From Trichosphaerium sp. ATCC 40318 (taxonomy: Eukaryota > Protista > Tubulinea), in contig JALMLS010000040.1 of the NCBI GenBank assembly GCA_038496445.1, positions 1 to 35,761 on the forward strand: a stretch of 35,761 bases of DNA, read 5' to 3'. The notes below the pieces were generated by a model that made no database searches, was not told the DNA's origin, and worked only from the letters and a program-made list of their open reading frames with translations. Positions 22,988 through 33,807 of this stretch are shown here, one piece after another. A program made the translations under genes and the position numbers. How positions within the stretch are numbered: the first letter of the stretch is position 1; each line of letters begins with the position of its first letter.

Positions 22988-24590
22988 ATGTGTAATACAA
23001 GGTACATATCTATTAACGCGCTGAGCATTTTCATTGTCAACTAGATATTAATACGTTGTTTAGTTTAGAAGGCAGCTTGCTATGTCTACCAACAGAGATT
23101 CTAGTTCAGATTTTCGAGCTAGTTTCAAAATCATTAAAAGCACTAGTTAACACATGCTATGATTTCTATCTAATCATGCGTGATGTCACTGGGTACCCAT
23201 TTATTGTAGTAAGATCTCTTCATGCCGCGAAAACGATTGCCAAATACCCTGGGGTTCTCAAGCATTCAACAATTTCTGTGGATAGAGCTGTTTACTCTCA
23301 TATTGTTCCAGTGATTAAAGCTCTTGCTGGTGCCCGTCAACTCAATATTAGATATTCGGGTATCAACGACAAGGATATATTACCTCTCACCAACATTCGC
23401 TCTATCAACCTAGAGGCACCTCAGTATCGAACGCTTGTCTAAAACAATTTTCTGGTGTTCACACAATAAGTCTAAGCCACACAAACATTAGAGGTGACGG
23501 CGTTAAAGTACTTGCTGGTGTTCATACTATTGATCTTGGCTATACCAAAGCGAATGGTACTGGTATTCAAGCACTAGCAGGCGTTCACAAGATCGATTTA
23601 AGACACACGTTTACAGTGACAAATGAAGGAATTAAGGCACTTGCTGGCGTTCATACGATAAATCTATCCCATACAAAAGTCAGAGATACTGGGCTCCAAG
23701 CTCTTGCTGGGGTTCATACTATTAGCTTGGGTTATTGCCAGCTTATAACAAATGAAGGTGTGAAATCTCTTGCTGGAGTTCACACAATTAACCTCGAAAA
23801 TACAAACATTACTGACGCTGGTATTATTGAACTATCTGGCGTACATACAATTCATTTACAGGGCACACAAGTAACAGATGACGGTATAATGGCATTGGGA
23901 GGTGTACACTCGATATATTTACAAGGTACTAGCGTCACAGATACAGGAGTTAAGGCACTTGGTGGTGTTCATACTATCAACTTGGATAGGACAAGGATAA
24001 CTGGGGAGTGGCTATCAGCTCTTGCTGGTGCTCACTCTGTTTCATTGCAAAGCACTACTATCTTAGGAGAGAATCTCGAAAAACTTGCTGGGGTGCACAC
24101 AATTGACTTAGCACGGGCCACAACAACTGTTAAAGGCATAGTAGCACTTGCGGGTGTACATACAATTCAGTTACAAAATTGTCAAGCCATGGGGGGTTAC
24201 AAAGACTCAGCTGACAAAATTGTCAAAGCGCTTGCTGGTGTTCATACAATTGGCCTATACAGGACTGACGTATCTGATGAGGGTGTTAAAGCATTGAGTG
24301 GAGTACATGAGATAGACCTTGGTCATACAAGAGTTACAGACGAAGGGTTGAAAGCGCTAAAAGGCGTTCATACCATTTGCTTAGCTGGCACAAAGGTAAC
24401 AGATAAAGGTATTTTGGCACTTCAAGGTGTTCATACCATAAAGGTATGGGATACAAAGGTAACAAAAGAAGGTATAAGGCAGCTTTGCATGTCAGGTGTG
24501 AGTACTATGTATGTGAGTGCCGCACAAATAGCTGAGAGCGAACAGGCGCAGCTACGCAAAAATTATGGAGTAGAGTTTGTATGTGTGTAG
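22988..24590 (+). pseudogene. F-box + 22-aa leucine-rich repeat protein with a single frameshift near 23411 (pseudogene or sequencing error)
   Basis: ATG TGT AAT ACA AG|intron 23002-23063|T TTA GAA leads to LLCLPTEILVQIF. At least 16 LAGVHTIxLxxTxVTDxGxxA repeats follow. Adding 1 nt at SINL restores RGTSVSNACLKQFSGVHT. Confidence 0.85.
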
Positions 24591-25418
24591 ACTGCGATAT
24601 TTTATACAATGTAAAAACATGTTTCCTAACGTCACTTGGATTGTAAATACATCATTAATTACAATCTCTTGGGAAATTTCTTCTGACTGTATGATAGCAC
24701 ATTAGTTAAAAATACAGCAATTTTTTTGAAAGTTTATGTTATTGTACAGGATGACATAGTTCTATTGCCAAAAGTAGGTGTTCCATCCAATCCCTTCTCT
24801 AAAACAGAACAAACTTTAACATCAAGAAAAGTACAAAAGGTTTTTTTTTATCAAAAAACACGTGCATCTTTCTCACGTGCAACTTGTAAAAATATCACTT
24901 TTTTGCTGTTTTTCCTTTTTAGTTTAAAGGACCATACAAATTTGTCTTTAGTACTCATGTCATCCTCAATCTGTATATCCGAAACATCCTTCAACGTAAA
25001 CGTCATAATTGCCGTTTCTTGATTTTTGCACTATCAACAACACCTTTAAAAATGCATACAAAAAAAAAAGTATATTGCCGTACCTCGTACATGGACAAAG
25101 TTTCAATCCCCAACTCAAAATAACGCAATCTCCAGATTAGAAATAAGTTATTTCTTTTGACAATATACCCTCGCTTCGGTACAAGTTTGAAGCGCTATAA
25201 ATACTTAACTATTAAACGTAGTATTTGACCTGAAATAACGCTATTTTTTTTGCTCCTGAAATGCACGTGACTTTCTGCTCTTACCCTTAGGATACACTAA
25301 TGGATAGCTTGCAGAGTCGCATGAGGCTACCTATGTTAGCAAACTCGAAACTAGGCAGCGCTTACAAGACAGCGCTATTTCAGGTCCAATCCGTGGTAAA
25401 TAAGGGTAATACTATCAA

Positions 25419-25577
25419 CTACTCGATACGTGCCTTATACAGTGAGCTCTTATTTGTGACATCACAATACAAGGTATTTAACGTCCTCACTATTTTCATC
25501 AGTTGAATCGTTCTAACATTATCTACAATAAGATAAACGAGTTCTGGTGGTAATTGAAGAGTGTCATTAGACAACAT
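25419..25577 (-). pseudogene. Truncated F-box gene not shown in the ORF track
   Basis: Reads MLSNDTLQLPPELVYLIVDNVRTIQLMKIVRTLNTLYCDV...RIE*. Further stops and exon-like debris continue down to ~24960. Confidence 0.6.
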
Positions 25578-26302
25578 TGTACAAGGTAACTGGAGAAATA
25601 AGTGATGGTAACAAAGTCAACACTATTCAGTTTTTTTTTCTTCACTTTATTACATTTATCAATTAGCAAACATGAAAAGTGTCCCGCATTTATTGTCGTT
25701 CTGTTTCCCATATTTTTTTACCACATTGCACCTTGGGAATCAACACTATTTCGCAGCTGATACACTCTGAATCGTTTGTGTGCGCCTTCGTCACCAATGA
25801 TAAAATTCTGCTTTTTTTGTATTTCCAGTGTATCACAAATATCATATGCCAAGGTAGCGCTAGGCTCCTATTGTTAAGCGTTACCAACGACCACTATACA
25901 AGTGTCTAAAATGTATTGGTAAAACATGTATACTTGCTTCAGGTACCTATTTGTCGGAATGTCTTTAAATATCAAAAGTTTGATTTTTTTTTGTATTCCA
26001 TCTCCCTTCTGTTCTCAATAGTTCTGATCACTTTTTTTTGCTTTTGCTTGCACATTGACATATATTCTATTGATTCCGTTAGTCAATCAAATCGTTGTTG
26101 GCAAAATTTTTTCCCTGAAATACCACATGAAAAGTGTACACATCCCTGTTCATCAAGTCATATAAGAACATATTATGGATATTGGTTAGTGTTTAAGTAT
26201 GTAGTATGTTTAAAAAAGCACGTTTAAAGACCTCAAGTTTATTGTCACTATGTGAACTACTAAAATAAAATAATATTATGTCATACTTTTTTTTTCTGCT
26301 CA

Positions 26303-26489
26303 AATCAAGTGAGTCAACATGACCTCTGTGATATATTTCAACCAAGTTATCACAAACCTCTGAAATATCATCTGATTGCATTTCCAATGGAAACTCACCA
26401 ACCAAGATTACGAAAGTAGCTATACCAACAGACCTAAACACAGTAAGTCCAAAGAAAAAAGCGATAAAAAAACTCACCAGACGTCAAAA
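26303..26489 (-). pseudogene. Inverted DNA-level fragment of the kinase gene (~33388-33575), including its last intron
   Basis: Near-identical FD(V/I)W|gtgagt...ttag|SVGIATFVILVGEFPLEMQSDDISEVCDNLVEIYHRGHVDSLD. Confidence 0.92.
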
Positions 26490-26688
26490 CTTGACCTTAC
26501 CCTTTTTTTGTTAATGACATACGCCCATGGTCCTCACTTGCATAAACCTGAGCGCCTATAATAAAGCAACTCGTTCAAATACATAAGGAGAAAAGTGATT
26601 GTACAAGAATCAAACGAAACACGTGACTTCGTATTTTTCAAGTAAGGGAAGTTTTATTTGTTACTTTATGAAGCTTTGTACTTATCAT

Positions 26689-26989
26689 CTAAGTATATAA
26701 TGCTCCATGACTGTCACTAACAGCCACAACATCACCTGCTTTAATTGTAACCGAACCAGTATTGAAATCATTATTTACACATATTACAGCTGTTTCGAGC
26801 ATAGAAGCAAGTTTTGGGTATCGTTCAGCTAATATTGTACCAAATTCAACGCTAGTTGTCTAAAACGCATTAAACCTACTTACAAGAGCGTCACATACAC
26901 AACAATACCTCATTCTTCACTTCTATTTGTATTTCTTTCGTACCCAAAGCCTCTCTTACCTTGCCGAAGAACAGACAGCTCACCCTCAT
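26689..26989 (-). CDS. MoaD/ThiS-family (MOCS2A-like) ubiquitin-fold protein, 83 aa, lacking the C-terminal Gly-Gly; not in the ORF track
   Basis: Reads MRVSCLFFGKVREALGTKEIQIEVKNE|TTSVEFGTILAERYPKLASMLETAVICVNNDFNTGSVTIKAGDVVAVSDSHGALYT* with an intron at 26860-26908. It matches the MoaD pattern LFFxxxRExxG...YPxL...VN...xGDxVA. Confidence 0.8.
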
Positions 26990-27869
26990 CTTCTATAATC
27001 CCTTGTTAACCTGAAAGCAACAAAATCGTTATTACTGTACCCCAGGAGGTGTATATTCTTTTTCACCAGCAAGAACTTTTGTTCCTACCTTACCGGATGT
27101 GAAGTGCATCATATTCTTTTACAACGATGAGAAATGCACTACTTAACACTAGCGTACCATGTTGAGATGTTAGGTTTTCGTGCTAGTTTGGGTCAACGAC
27201 TTTTTTGTGCCGTTTAGAAAATTCGCAAAGTTTTGGAAAGTTCACATTAAAAGAATACTATTGTAACGTTAAAGGATCACTGCTTTTGGTTCTTTGGTAC
27301 CGCCATTTAAGTGTCGAATAGTTGTTTATACGAAACACAAACCTAAAGGTACGTAACACGGCGTTTTGCCGGAGAAAAAAACGCAACCCGTTAGAACACC
27401 TTAAAACTATCAACTAGGCTTTGTTTTCGCGTAATTGAAGCTCGGACTTTTTTTTCAAAAGCTCAGCAGCGAATTTCATAAGAAACAGGCTTTGAGTACC
27501 CACAAGTGTTCGTGAACGAGATTTTTGGCGTATAAGAAGTCGTGTGTAACTTTGCTTTGATAAGTTAAATGCCTTATATCAGAAATCCGCGAGGATATCA
27601 AAACAAGCCAAAAGAAACTATATTAGAACAAATGAGGTGTTTTTATTTCCCCGTGTGTAATTGCAGTGCTGCGAAGATTCCCATGCAGTTCCTGTTTTAC
27701 TACATTGACTACACATAAGCAACTGGTTTTACGTTAAAATACATGTTGTTTTGAGGCTGCTTGCGTTGCTACAAAGGCAGAAAAACAGTTGACAAAGTTT
27801 GACAATTGCGTTTTGTGTTTCGTTTTTTCGAAAAGGGTTTTGGTCTCTTCGCAACACGTGCTCCTAAAA

Positions 27870-29810
27870 ATGAAGGCTATTAGAAAGAACTTGCGTAAGA
27901 TGACTAAAGGGCTGTCTAAGACTAAATCACGTGAAAACCGACGAAAGGATTTAAAGAGAGACTCACGGAGCGAGTCCGCGCCTGCAAAGAAGAAGAGAAC
28001 TATAAGCGAATCATCTTTAGCAAAATCAAAGGCGAAGGCAAAACAAATGAAAAAAGCAAGCACTCTACCGCCTTCACATAGCATATGGGATTACAAAGAG
28101 CAAGTGACAACACCATATTTATCATACTTTTTCTTATTTGTACCATTCTTAGACAGAAACGAGAAAAGGTGTTTGATAAAGGTCTATATAAACCAACGCT
28201 TGTGCGTAAAACGAGCGTAGGACAACTTGAGTCGCATGGTACGCACAGAAAGACCAAAATAATCGTTTCTTTTTTCATGAGAAGTAAAAAAAGAGCAAAA
28301 AAAATAGCGCTATTTTGCGTGAAGTTATATGGGTTGGGACCGTACCCATGTGTCGTCATACTTTACTAAATTACTTAGAACGCAGTAACCGGAACTTCTC
28401 TATGTCTTCACCTGGAGAGCTCGAAAGTATAGGTACTACTGGCACCACGTGGCTTTTATCGCGTCATTTGACTATTTGTATTTATGAATTTCGAACAGGT
28501 CTTTTGCTTCCACCTGATGCGCTTATGGGAGGTACCCTTCGTATAAAAGATGATACACTGCGTGAAAGCGATGCTACACCTACAACGTGGCCATCTAAAG
28601 GTGGAACAGCGGTATGTTCAATTTATTGTGAAAAAATGACAACAACAGCAAGAACAAGTGTTTAACAAAGTCTGATTGTTATTGTAGTCGCAGTCGCACG
28701 ACTTGATTTCAGTAGAGGAAGAATCGGCTTTATTGTCAGGAGTGGGGTCGGCAGATTCTTTTATTGTGCCTGTATACAATGGATCAGTACGAGGACAACA
28801 CGGGAAAGAATTAATAAAGGGTATGATTTTGTCAAGTTGCTTTTTTTTTTTTTGGAGGCTAACTTCGACTGTAGACAACTTTCTCAATACAGCGTACTAC
28901 CTGGATGGAAACTGGCCAAGCAGGGTATTGAGTGAGTGAACTGATAACACGATAATAAAATAATCACTGCGAGATTGTTAACTTCTTTATTTAGAGCCCA
29001 AGAGAACAACAAAAATGGGACAGTATATTATAACAGAAGAAGGAGATAATGAGTTTAAATATTATATTGATGGTACACAAACAATCCATTTTTTTTTGTT
29101 TTAATTGGAACTTCTGACACGTGATTTTTTTGAGAATTGTTTCTTATTTTTTTTTCTTAAAATAGGTCCTACGGGTGTTATAACAGTATCGCTTACTGAT
29201 GATATTGAGAATGAACCGAAAATCGTAACAGCGTTTGCGAAAAGTAAGTCTAAAAAAGAGTGTAAAAATTATCAGATACAAAAACCTATCGGACATTAAC
29301 ACATTATAGGCGATCTTGTAGTATCTTGTGGTCAAGCATTAAAGCAGAACAATTGTGGTACGTTTCATGTCTTTTTTTAGAAATCGTTTAGATCACGTGA
29401 TTTGCTTTTTAACGCTACTTTTAGATGATATCTATAATTTTGTTGATAGACGCCAGAATGTTCTTTTCAGTATGACACTCCTCGGACAAAATAGAGCTAT
29501 GCAGATAATGCTCGATACAAATTCTGCCATGTGTCATACATTTGTAGCCATAGCAATAATAGTAGCTCGGGTACCATCGTACATAAGACAGCTATTTACT
29601 AACTGAGCTGTTTAGATTTTTTATTTTTTTTTCGAAAGGATAAAACAAAAAAATCAACCTGTAAATAATAAGACATTCTCAAAATGTGACAAATGCAATG
29701 GCTCTGGAAAAATAGCATACCGTTCAGGAGACATGGCTTGTCATAAATGTAAAGGTTCTGGAAAGGAACGAAGTGATACAAAATCTACAAGGAGTCACAT
29801 GCAGATTTAG
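27870..29810 (+). CDS. Hypothetical multi-exon protein with a basic N-terminus and two C-terminal CxxCxGxG (DnaJ-type Zn) motifs
   Basis: About nine in-frame exons. The last intron (29571-29615) has a TACTAAC branch site and leads to IFYFFFERIKQK...CDKCNGSG...CHKCKGSG...QI*. The first intron needs a GC donor (~28100). Confidence 0.65.
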
Positions 29811-30378
29811 GTACTTTTTTTTTCACTTTAACTTTCTGTTGGCACTCATGCACACTCGTTCATCTTTATCATTTCTAATAATCCGTTAACATTTGCTTTA
29901 GCAATAATCTTGTAGTTTTTCGACAAGAAATGCGTACGTGAAGGAATGTGGAAACATAAACTTTACAGAGAAGAATTAATCATCTTGATTGTACAAAAAA
30001 TATCCACAAGGAAAACAGCAGGCTCTGTGTATATAAAGCTTAACAGCATCAAGCCATAAAAGATTAACTCCATTTAATTGTAAGGTTTTGTTTTTACTTA
30101 AATTGGCATGCATAGACATGCGGAGGCGTCTGTAATTCGTACATCATAAGCACGTCAATGGTAGAATAAGTCTCATTCGTAACCAATCCACAATACTGCT
30201 AGTATTCAGTGAAGTGTAGAGATAGAACGTTGTGTTCATGCTTCTAAATGAGTCGTGTTATCTTTACGTTGTCTTAACCTTCGTGTATAGAACAGTGTAG
30301 TTTAGCTTTTTGCAAATTCGCTAAATCAGGACAACAAGTCATCTAAAGTCCAAAATTATTTGAAATATTGCAGCACAA

Positions 30379-32176
30379 ATGGCTGATAATAACGATAGGT
30401 AATCCAATAATCTTTTACAGTGGTTATTAACCATATGTAGAGTAGTTATAGGCCGTCTAGAAGGAAAAGAGGAGATAACTGAGCCAAATCTACAAGCTTT
30501 TGTACAGTATATCCAAAACGCTGATATTAAACTCAAATCCATCACTATCAATGGCGCTTCGCTTTCGATAACCTCAAAAACAAGCGCAGACCGTAAAAAA
30601 ATGCTTGACCTTGGAAGGGCGCCATTTGGTAAAGCTGTGATGGTATTCTACACGACAGAGGTAAAGAAAGAGGATTTGAACGATGGTATGTACAACTTTC
30701 CTTATTTAAACGCTAAACACTTTCATTTAGCTTTGAAGCGCGCTGCGCAGTTAATACACGACAGTGAAGTGATTCTGTTCGCCAGTGGTGCAGGTACGCT
30801 ACAAAAGCGGAAATATGTTCTTAAACAGCGTAGGCTTGGGTGTTGACAGTGGTTTACCTGACTTTAGAGGTATGTACCTATTTATTGAAGCGTTTATTCC
30901 TTGAACTACGAGAATATAACCAAAATGTTACTTTTTAGGCCCTACTGGCTTTTGGAAAGCGTATCCGCCAATGAAGCATCTTGGACTAGAATTTTCCCAA
31001 ATGGTACACGATGTTCACAAGATCAATACAGTCGTTCTAATGAGTATTAGTCCAATCCATCATGGTATGGTTTAGGTCTACAAAAGCGGCGGTTTGTTAA
31101 CTAGGTTTTAGGTTTAAAAAAGATCCAGCATTTGCATGGGGATTTTGGTCGCATAGGTAAGTGGTTTTGATTAGTTTAGGTTGCTTAAAGTTTGCGTAGA
31201 TATCATCTGTATGATAGTACAGAGCCACATAGTGGATTTGATATTATGAAGGTACATACCACACTCAATAAGGCAATGTGTTTCGAACGTTTTTTGACAA
31301 AAGTTTGTCTTTTATTTTCTCCGTGCACGTGACTAGAGAGCAAAAAGTTTTTAGCTTACAGCAGCAGATTTTTATTCTTCTCAAACTGATAGTTCGTACA
31401 TTGTTAACAGCTGAAATAGTCTTGGGTTGCACAGAAAAAAGATCATTTTTGTTTCACATCAAATGTTGATGGTCATTGGCAAAAGAAAGGATTTGCACCA
31501 GAGAAGGTACGTGATAAAGCATATAAGGGTCCATAACTAATTATTATTAACAGGTTTATGAATGCCATGGTTCTGTACATGCCATGCAATGCACTATAGC
31601 GTGCTGTGAAAAGTTTTGGCCAACAACTGATTTTAAGGTACTTTTTTAATACCTGTTGAGCACACCTTCTCATTACTCTTTAGATACCCAGTATAGATGC
31701 TAATTTTAGAGCCCAAGGTGAGCTCCCAAAATGCCCAGAATGCAATCAACTCGCAAGACCTTGTGTTATGATGTTTGGGTACGTTCTTTCTTTTTTCCTT
31801 TTTTTTTTGAATGTAAAACATTGGATCCATTTTGGAACTGTAGTTTTATCTGTACCAGTAGTTTTTCATTAATATATTTAGTGACGGCGGATACATAGAC
31901 GCAAGAGATAATATTCAGTACAAGAATTATATGGAGTTTATGTACAAAGTCCAAAAAAACAAACTCAAAACAGTTGTTGTCGAGATTGGTGCTGGAAACG
32001 CAGTACCAACTGTTAGGTATACCAGTGAGCAGGTATGCTCTCGAGCAGGGGCAACACTTATTAGAATCAATCCACGTGACCAAGAAGTACCATCAAGGGA
32101 GCATGTATCACTACCAATAGGAGGATTGAAGGCGCTACAAAGTATAGATGCACTTCTCAAAGAAATGAAAAAGTAG
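30379..32176 (+). CDS. Sir2-family NAD-dependent deacylase (bacterial-type subgroup) with a ~100-aa N-terminal extension
   Basis: Motifs SGAG|LGVDSGLPDFRG|PTGFWKAYP, FTSNVDGHW, ECHGS, the Zn ligands CTIACC and CPEC, ARPCVMMFGD, EIGAGNAVPTVR and RINP. Confidence 0.93.
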
Positions 32177-32386
32177 CCGTTTCCCTCCCTACAGTGTAGA
32201 AAAATTTAAAATAAAATACCCAGTACATTCCCTCGTTCAAGATCAAATTACTTATAAGTCATTTGTTGCGAAGATTTGACAGGAAACATTTAAATTTCGA
32301 TATTGTTTTTTTTTGTCACAAAGTCTATTTTTATCAAACGGCAAAAAAAAACCTAAACGATAACGAGTACTTGATTTCGCCGTATA

Positions 32387-33709
32387 ATGCTTAGAAAACA
32401 TCGATCAACAGCCAGAGTTGTTTGTGCGCGTAAACGTATGATTGTTCACGTGCTAGTACGCAGTTTTCTCACGTGTGATAGGCTTAGGACATGCTATACG
32501 CATACAAGCGTGGGATGGTGTCGAAGTTTTATGGCAGTACAATGTAGGTAAGGAGATTGGATCAGGATCGACTTCAGACGTATTTGGAGGCACCAAGAAA
32601 ACAACAGGTACCTTGCGCTACTACGTTCACACCATTGTGGGTGACAAAAGGCGATTAGTTGTTTTAAAGAAGCTTACACGTGTCAAGGAGAGGCGGTTGC
32701 TATTAAAGTGATATTTCAAGGGTTTTATGAACAGAATAAACACCTGATAGCGCGAGAAATAGCTATACTCACAGGATGGACACATCGTAATATTATTAGG
32801 CTTGAAGTGGCGTGTATGGATAGAGGTACGATTTCGAAGATACGTTTGAAATCACAAGAGATTTTTTTTTTTGAGTTTTTATTATGATTTTGCACGTGCT
32901 TTTTGTTTAGCTTGTTTGCTATATAATTCTTTAGAATAAACTAACGTAAGTGATTAGGTCGCCCTGTGATGATTTTTGAGCGTGCAAGAGAAAGCTTGTT
33001 CAGTTATTTAGTGAGACAACCTGTTGATGTTTATGAAAAAACAGCGCAAAGAGTGATTAAACAACTTTGTATTGGTGTTGGAGAAATACATAAAAGTGGA
33101 TACGTACATGGAGATGTAAAGTTAGGTATGACAAGAGATCGTACACTCGTATAGGAACAACCTTGAGTGATTAACATTTATGTTTTTAGACAACGTGTTA
33201 GTTGGTTACGATGATAATGTCAAGCTAACAGATTTTGGGTTTGCGCATCCCATAACAGAAGGAGAGAAAGGTTTAGCCCGCTTAAACGGCACTCCACAAG
33301 TACCACGCGCACTTGTTATATAATTTTACTTATTTATCTATAGTATATGCCTCCAGAAGCTTTTACAGTAGGTTCACACAACGAAACTTTTGACATCTGG
33401 TGAGTTTTTTTCCTCGCTTTTTTCTTTGGACTTACCGTGTTTAGGTCTGTTGGTATAGCTACTTTCGTGATCTTGGTTGGCGAGTTTCCATTGGAAATGC
33501 AATCAGATGATATTTCAGAGGTTTGTGATAACTTGGTTGAAATATATCACAGAGGTCATGTTGACTCACTTGATTATTTCTCTGAAATGTTACAAGAACA
33601 TCACATGGATTTCTTAAGTGCAACATTATCTGTAAACCCTTCTTGTAGACCTAACGCAAGTATGTGTATGGAGCTTCCATGGCTTAAATCATGTTGTGAG
33701 GTGCATTGA
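32387..33709 (+). CDS. Ser/Thr protein kinase (non-RD), multi-exon
   Basis: Motifs IGSGSTSDV, VAIK, REIAIL, HRNII, HGDVKLDN, DFG, GTPQYMPPE and DIWSVG. Confidence 0.93.
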
Positions 33710-33807
33710 TAAATGTAAATAAAGCGAAGAAAAAAAAACACGTGATGTAGTTTGAAACTGTTTGTTTTATTTACGCAGAATCACTCGTATTTCTCTGAAA
33801 TGTCTAT

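Noticed and set aside
1541-24590. Integrated giant-virus genome
   Set aside because: No capsid, polymerase, packaging ATPase or other viral core genes are present. The repeat genes are interleaved with intron-rich host genes.
25690-26230. Overlapping short ORFs as a gene
   Set aside because: Frames are interrupted by stops and no family is recognisable.
25419-29810. TAG reassignment to a sense codon (in-frame TAGs at 25419, 26993 and 29808 are followed by open sequence)
   Set aside because: I saw no internal TAG in the long conserved frames (kinase, sirtuin, monooxygenases, MORN, LRR), and several genes end at TAG where their domains finish.
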